Sequence record: MN095770.1
Origin: Serratia phage Slocum
Length of the DNA: 32,000 nt
Reading direction: 5' to 3' (one strand)
How positions within the stretch are numbered: position 1 is the first letter of the stretch; the number at the start of each line of letters is the position of its first letter. Positions 28,312 to 32,000 of the stretch are shown here, one piece after another. Both the position numbers and the translations under genes were made by a program. A model generated the notes under the pieces. The model ran no database searches. It saw only the letters and a list, made by a program, of their open reading frames with translations, and had not been told where the DNA came from.

Positions 28312-30330
28312 TTACGTTAGCTTTTGTACATGCACATACATGCCAGGTATCCTGAATTTAACTCGGGGTGCTCTATTAGCAGGGTCGTTGCGTGAAACAG
28401 ACACCCATAGGGACACCTTACCATCGGCATTATTATGAATCCACAGCGTCATGGAATAATACAGCACCTCATTTAGCATGTGGTTATTGGCGCCATCACG
28501 TATATAAATAAACGGATCCGAGATATTATCATTAGTTATGCCATTTCTAACAGTAAACACTGGAACATGGCAGTTCGGTGGTATTACACAAATATTAAAG
28601 AATCTTTGAGGTCTAGCGTCCATATTCCCTACAACGTTCATCCAGGTGTTATCCATTGGTACGTTAGGGCCTAGTGCCCGCAAAGGCATAAAGCTACCAA
28701 ACCCACCACAACTCATATAAGTAGGTAAATCGTGGAACTGTACCATAACCAGTCCAGTACCTGCTCTAGAGCTAGCGAACCCTATATCGGCCTCAGCTAA
28801 CCAAGTCATATTGTTTTGATCAGACCAAACTGACTGTCCACCTAACCAGAAAGCAGACTTATTCCACGCAAAGTTCTTCAAAGGAACAGAGCTAGGGCTC
28901 CAAATATCACCGTCCTGATTACCGATGGAAGGCACTGTACCATTCAGGTACCACTGTTTTCCAGGAACAAATTCGTGTATTGCTATCGAAGCAGGCCCAA
29001 AACTGGAGAAAGTACCTCCGTCTACAGCCGCCATACCGCACCATCCCTTTTTAGCAAAGGACTTTGGTATGCCTCCAAGGAAGTTTATAGGGTTACTATT
29101 TAAATCCCACTTGTAGACATTACTACCGATGTGTACGTCCCTCCAGTTTCTACCTGACTCTCCGGCATCCACTGCCATTACCATCTTACGGCCTATAGCC
29201 ATTAAGTTCTGACCTTTAACAGTGAAGTTATCCCTGCTAAATAGAATATCGTTTCCGGTAAATATGTTACTAACGTTGTACCCATCGCTCCCATTAAACC
29301 AAAAGTTAGTAAAGTACCATTCAACTTGCACTGGAGTCCAGCCCCACTGTATTTGATCTTTGACTTCTTTGGCACCAACGTTATCCCACGCTGCGTCAAT
29401 AGGGTTACCGGTCCAACTTCTGCAGATCCATGCACCACCTTGAGGGCCAGCGTTACTGTTGCCAGATTCATTTACTAGCCACTCCCCGCCTTCAGGAACC
29501 CAACCACCACGTTGGAAACTACCGACTAACATTCTAGGCATGCCCATGCGTATATAAATAGCACTGTATCCCGTACCTCTAGAGGTAGGTGGTCTCCACC
29601 AATCTACATGGAAGTTGCGAATAACGTTAGGTTTAGTTGCGTACCAACTAGTATTGTTGTTAGCAGGGCCGTTATACCCTGGAACTCCACTACCATCGCT
29701 ATCAAAGAACATAAACCCAGCCATATACCAATAGTCAACAGCAAAAGGGTTAGGAGGCCTACCACCACCGTTAGTGTTGCTGTTGTGCACAGTTTCAGCG
29801 TGCCAGAAGATTCTTCTAGAACTACCGTGGGATAACATGGTTTTAAAACTGTTATTTGTATCGTACCAGAAATACCCAACATCTAGAGTAACATCAGCGC
29901 TTTGGTTGAAGCTACTGAACCAGATTCCAGAAGAAACCGTGTTATACCCGTTCTGCCAGCTACCAGCTTGGGACGCCCTACCTTGTAGTGCAGTACCAAA
30001 GTTAATTGAGTTGCCGCTAATAGCACTCTTATATTCATCCCCATCATTACTTCTAAACGTGACAGAAGTAATAACCACCCTATCAGCAGCATTAGCTAGA
30101 GTCTCTATAACCCTAGCTGGCATTGGCGTTATAAAGTAGCCATCCCCAGCGTGCCAAGTATTAGCTGCGTAGTATTCCTCAATAAACATATGAGGCATGT
30201 CACTATGGAAGATACTGTCTAGCTGAGGGTCGTGGTGTTCCCAAGCATCCTCACCCCAAGCAGTACCACCCCTATTACGTAACGATAGTACAGTCTTACC
30301 ATCGCTAAATTTACCCATGAAGACTGACAT
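28312..30330 (-). CDS. oad: Receptor-binding tail tip protein, T5 pb5 (Oad)-like
   Basis: 672 aa in the oad position. N-terminus MSVFMGKFSDGKTVLSLRNRGG...HHDPQLDSIFHSDMPHMFIEEYY and ADRVVITSVTF resemble T5 pb5 (MSFFAGKL..SILSLRRG...IFHSDMSHVII...NRVVLTEIEF) from memory. Also similar are TLDVGYF, GNDI..SRDNFTVKG, and the C-terminal MTLWIHNNADGKVSLWVSVS...KFRIPGMYVHVQKLT. Confidence 0.85.
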   Translation of the reverse strand: MSVFMGKFSDGKTVLSLRNRGGTAWGEDAWEHHDPQLDSIFHSDMPHMFIEEYYAANTWHAGDGYFITPMPARVIETLANAADRVVITSVTFRSNDGDEYKSAISGNSINFGTALQGRASQAGSWQNGYNTVSSGIWFSSFNQSADVTLDVGYFWYDTNNSFKTMLSHGSSRRIFWHAETVHNSNTNGGGRPPNPFAVDYWYMAGFMFFDSDGSGVPGYNGPANNNTSWYATKPNVIRNFHVDWWRPPTSRGTGYSAIYIRMGMPRMLVGSFQRGGWVPEGGEWLVNESGNSNAGPQGGAWICRSWTGNPIDAAWDNVGAKEVKDQIQWGWTPVQVEWYFTNFWFNGSDGYNVSNIFTGNDILFSRDNFTVKGQNLMAIGRKMVMAVDAGESGRNWRDVHIGSNVYKWDLNSNPINFLGGIPKSFAKKGWCGMAAVDGGTFSSFGPASIAIHEFVPGKQWYLNGTVPSIGNQDGDIWSPSSVPLKNFAWNKSAFWLGGQSVWSDQNNMTWLAEADIGFASSRAGTGLVMVQFHDLPTYMSCGGFGSFMPLRALGPNVPMDNTWMNVVGNMDARPQRFFNICVIPPNCHVPVFTVRNGITNDNISDPFIYIRDGANNHMLNEVLYYSMTLWIHNNADGKVSLWVSVSRNDPANRAPRVKFRIPGMYVHVQKLT

Positions 30331-30349
30331 AAATTCTCCGTTATTTCAA

Positions 30350-30379
30350 TTGCTAAAATGAACCTAAATGTTATATAAT
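30350..30379 (+). promoter_or_regulatory. Sigma70-like promoter driving the + strand right-end operon
   Basis: TTGCTA (30350-30355), 18-nt spacer, TATAAT (30374-30379), 65 nt upstream of the ATG at 30444. Confidence 0.7.
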
Positions 30380-30443
30380 ATGATTATAGAGTAAATTATA
30401 GCAATTGTAAACCACTATTTTAATATTGAGCTAAGGATAACTG

Positions 30444-30905
30444 ATGTTTACCAAAATTGAGTACCAGCAACAATTAAGTGGCAGAGACTGTGCCGTAGCT
30501 TGTCTAGCAATGCTCATCGACGAAGACGTAGAATGGGTATCTAGACTGCTTAAACACGATAATATAGAATATCTTAATGGGGAACTATTCTTAGAGAAAC
30601 TGAAACAGTACGGAAACATTAAAGTAGCGCAAGCTTGTAAAGCTACTGATCAGTTCCTAATCCCAGGCAACGTATATGTTCTGGTTGTCCCCTCAATCAA
30701 CCAAATTGGAAGAACGCATCTAGTTATACTAGACTACCGTGACCCAAATGAACCTATCTTGCTAGACCCTGCACCAGTAGTAAGGTACTCATTAGCACCT
30801 AAAACTGAGTATCAATATAAGTTTGAGTCTTTCGTACCATACATCGTAATTGACGGTGCCAGTTACGAAAAAGCATTAAGAACTAAGCGGAGATTCTTCG
30901 ATTGA
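30444..30905 (+). CDS. C39/papain-like cysteine peptidase candidate
   Basis: 153 aa. QQLSGRDCAVACLAMLIDEDV (Cys), GRTHLVILDYRDP (His) and EPILLDPAP (Asp) are the Cys...His...Asp pattern of peptidase C39-like domains. Preceded by AAGGAT. Confidence 0.7.
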   Translation: MFTKIEYQQQLSGRDCAVACLAMLIDEDVEWVSRLLKHDNIEYLNGELFLEKLKQYGNIKVAQACKATDQFLIPGNVYVLVVPSINQIGRTHLVILDYRDPNEPILLDPAPVVRYSLAPKTEYQYKFESFVPYIVIDGASYEKALRTKRRFFD

Positions 30906-31009
30906 AAAGACATGAAGTGTATGACTACTACCTATCATTATTCGGAGTCGTTGGCACTATCGTTGTAGTGCCAGTTCTCTTATTGCTACTGTACGGGATA
31001 TTCTTCTAA
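30902..31009 (+). CDS. Small single-pass membrane peptide (35 aa), not in the supplied ORF track
   Basis: TTG at 30902 with GGAG (30889-30892) 9 nt upstream, overlapping the previous gene's stop. Encodes LKRHEVYDYYLSLFGVVGTIVVVPVLLLLLYGIFF, stop TAA 31007-31009. Confidence 0.55.
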   Translation: MKRHEVYDYYLSLFGVVGTIVVVPVLLLLLYGIFF

Positions 31010-31010
31010 T

Positions 31011-31280
31011 ATGGATAATTTCACTATTGTTAAGAACTCCTTCAAAGCACAACTAGTAGTAGAACTAGCTAGTCGCCCTAAGGAGAAAGAAGAGCACCTA
31101 ACTATCATGACCGCCAGATTTATACACTCAGTAGGAGACATTGGTGCTATAGCAGCTTACGTAGTGCTCACCAAATGGGTGCTAGGAATGGCAAGGCTAG
31201 GAGTTGAGAACCCAGCTCAATATGATGAAATCGAGGAAACATTAAATTTCCTTGAAGATCGTTATGAATATATTAATTAA
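31011..31280 (+). CDS. Small protein of unknown function, paralogue of the next ORF
   Basis: 89 aa, starts 1 nt after the preceding stop. Alignable with 31289..31567 over most of its length. Confidence 0.75.
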   Translation: MDNFTIVKNSFKAQLVVELASRPKEKEEHLTIMTARFIHSVGDIGAIAAYVVLTKWVLGMARLGVENPAQYDEIEETLNFLEDRYEYIN

Positions 31281-31288
31281 GGAATCGC

Positions 31289-31567
31289 ATGCAAACTGAA
31301 GCCTATGATAAACTAAGAGCAACCTTCAAACAACGTATACTAGAAGAGTTCTGTTACCGTGATATGGCGGATAGAAAGTGGTTCCATCTAACCACCCTAA
31401 CTGAGATCTTCATCACAGACCACGGCGGGCTTGTGGCATCTGCGGCGCACTCAGTTCTAGTTGACTGGATTCTCGGCGTTAATATTATAAGAGAAGTCGA
31501 CGAAGAAGGTGTTGAAGAAATTGGGGAAGCATTACATTATCTGGAGGAACACTATGGATATTACTAA
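31289..31567 (+). CDS. Small protein of unknown function, paralogue of the preceding ORF
   Basis: 92 aa. Shared pattern FKxxxxxE...HLTxxTxxFI...G..A..VL..W.LG...EI.E.L.YLE..Y.Y. Confidence 0.75.
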   Translation: MQTEAYDKLRATFKQRILEEFCYRDMADRKWFHLTTLTEIFITDHGGLVASAAHSVLVDWILGVNIIREVDEEGVEEIGEALHYLEEHYGYY

Positions 31568-32000
31568 ACAAACTTATACCATACATCCTAGGCGTGTAGG
31601 AAAAACTAGAGCTACCTATGCGTCGCACATAATGAAGCTCGTATTAAATTATATAAACACGGGTGACGTATCATATAAGGTGGGTATTCGGCAGGACACG
31701 GCTGGCCTTGTCGGGGTTACGGGGGATCGCGGCGGAGTTATGGCGTATGAAGTTCTCAACCAGCTTTCGGCGATGATGGAGACTTGGGATGAATTTCGGC
31801 AGGGTACGGAAAATAACTCTCGCTACGTGGAAGTCTTGGAGGAGATTTACAACGTCCTCGATGCGTTGGCGGGGTGGTGTGCGAAGGAATGTTGGATTGG
31901 TTCGGGAAATTATGGAAACCGCAGGGGGATTCGGGTTGAGTCGGAGGGGTATGACATGAGTATTCGGGACGATACGATTAAGTTAACTCCTACCACGTGA
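31554..32000 (+). CDS. Protein of unknown function, start within the 3' end of the upstream gene
   Basis: 148 aa from ATG 31554 (MDITKQTYTIHPRRVGKTRATYASHIMKLVLNYINT...). SD GGAGGAAC (31542-31549) lies a few nt upstream; the longer track start at 31509 is less likely. Stop TGA 31998-32000. Confidence 0.65.
   Translation: MDITKQTYTIHPRRVGKTRATYASHIMKLVLNYINTGDVSYKVGIRQDTAGLVGVTGDRGGVMAYEVLNQLSAMMETWDEFRQGTENNSRYVEVLEEIYNVLDALAGWCAKECWIGSGNYGNRRGIRVESEGYDMSIRDDTIKLTPTT

Noticed and set aside
1436-29835. Many 60-150-aa + strand ORFs (e.g. 1436..1696, 4728..5075, 11682..12125, 21443..22387) and secondary - strand frames
   Set aside because: They are shadow ORFs inside large, clearly coding - strand structural genes; translations lack domain signatures.
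30444-30905. Interpretation of this ORF as the T5 Llp superinfection-exclusion lipoprotein
   Set aside because: No signal peptide or lipobox, and too large; the sequence instead has a C39-like Cys/His/Asp pattern.
31509-31553. Upstream 15 codons of the last ORF (MLKKLGKHYIIWRNT)
   Set aside because: Lies within the preceding gene's coding sequence. The ATG at 31554 with nearby GGAGGAAC is a better start, consistent with a short overlap.
1-32000. T5-type single-strand nick motif GCGCGGTG or its complement
   Set aside because: Not found by eye; near matches such as CACCGCGT (about 26640) differ. An exact string search on both strands would be decisive.
1-32000. tRNA genes, CRISPR arrays, retrons, toxin-antitoxin or restriction-modification genes
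   Set aside because: No cloverleaf-like or reverse transcriptase/methylase signatures were recognised; the coding capacity is almost entirely virion genes plus the right-end operon.

Overview
The window is the late structural module of a T5-like siphovirus (Demerecviridae/Tequintavirus-type organisation). I identified it from translated sequence and gene order, partly comparing with T5 proteins from memory; no database search was run. The left edge carries the 3' part of dut on the + strand. Then come, on the - strand and transcribed right to left from TerS, the terminases, an HNH protein, portal, pb10-like decoration protein, prohead protease, major capsid, connector/tail-terminator genes, pb6-like tail tube, a second tube-like protein, tail-assembly ORFs, tape measure, pb9, pb3, a greatly enlarged pb4, a p132-like protein and an L-shaped fibre. 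A pb5-like receptor-binding protein (28312..30330) lies upstream of TerS. At 30.4-32 kb a divergent + strand operon encodes a C39/papain-like cysteine peptidase candidate, an unannotated 35-aa membrane peptide, two small paralogues and a further ORF of unknown function. The main points of interest are: (1) a pb4-like protein of 1690 aa with four ~110-aa modules, two jelly-roll-like regions and an Ig-like region inserted; (2) the compact divergent operon with the peptidase-like gene; (3) a hairpin/terminator/promoter architecture, including terminators fused to ribosome-binding regions; (4) Ig-like (BIG_2-type) domains on both the capsid decoration and tail tube proteins. I see no evidence of CRISPR, tRNAs, IS elements or a known defence system.
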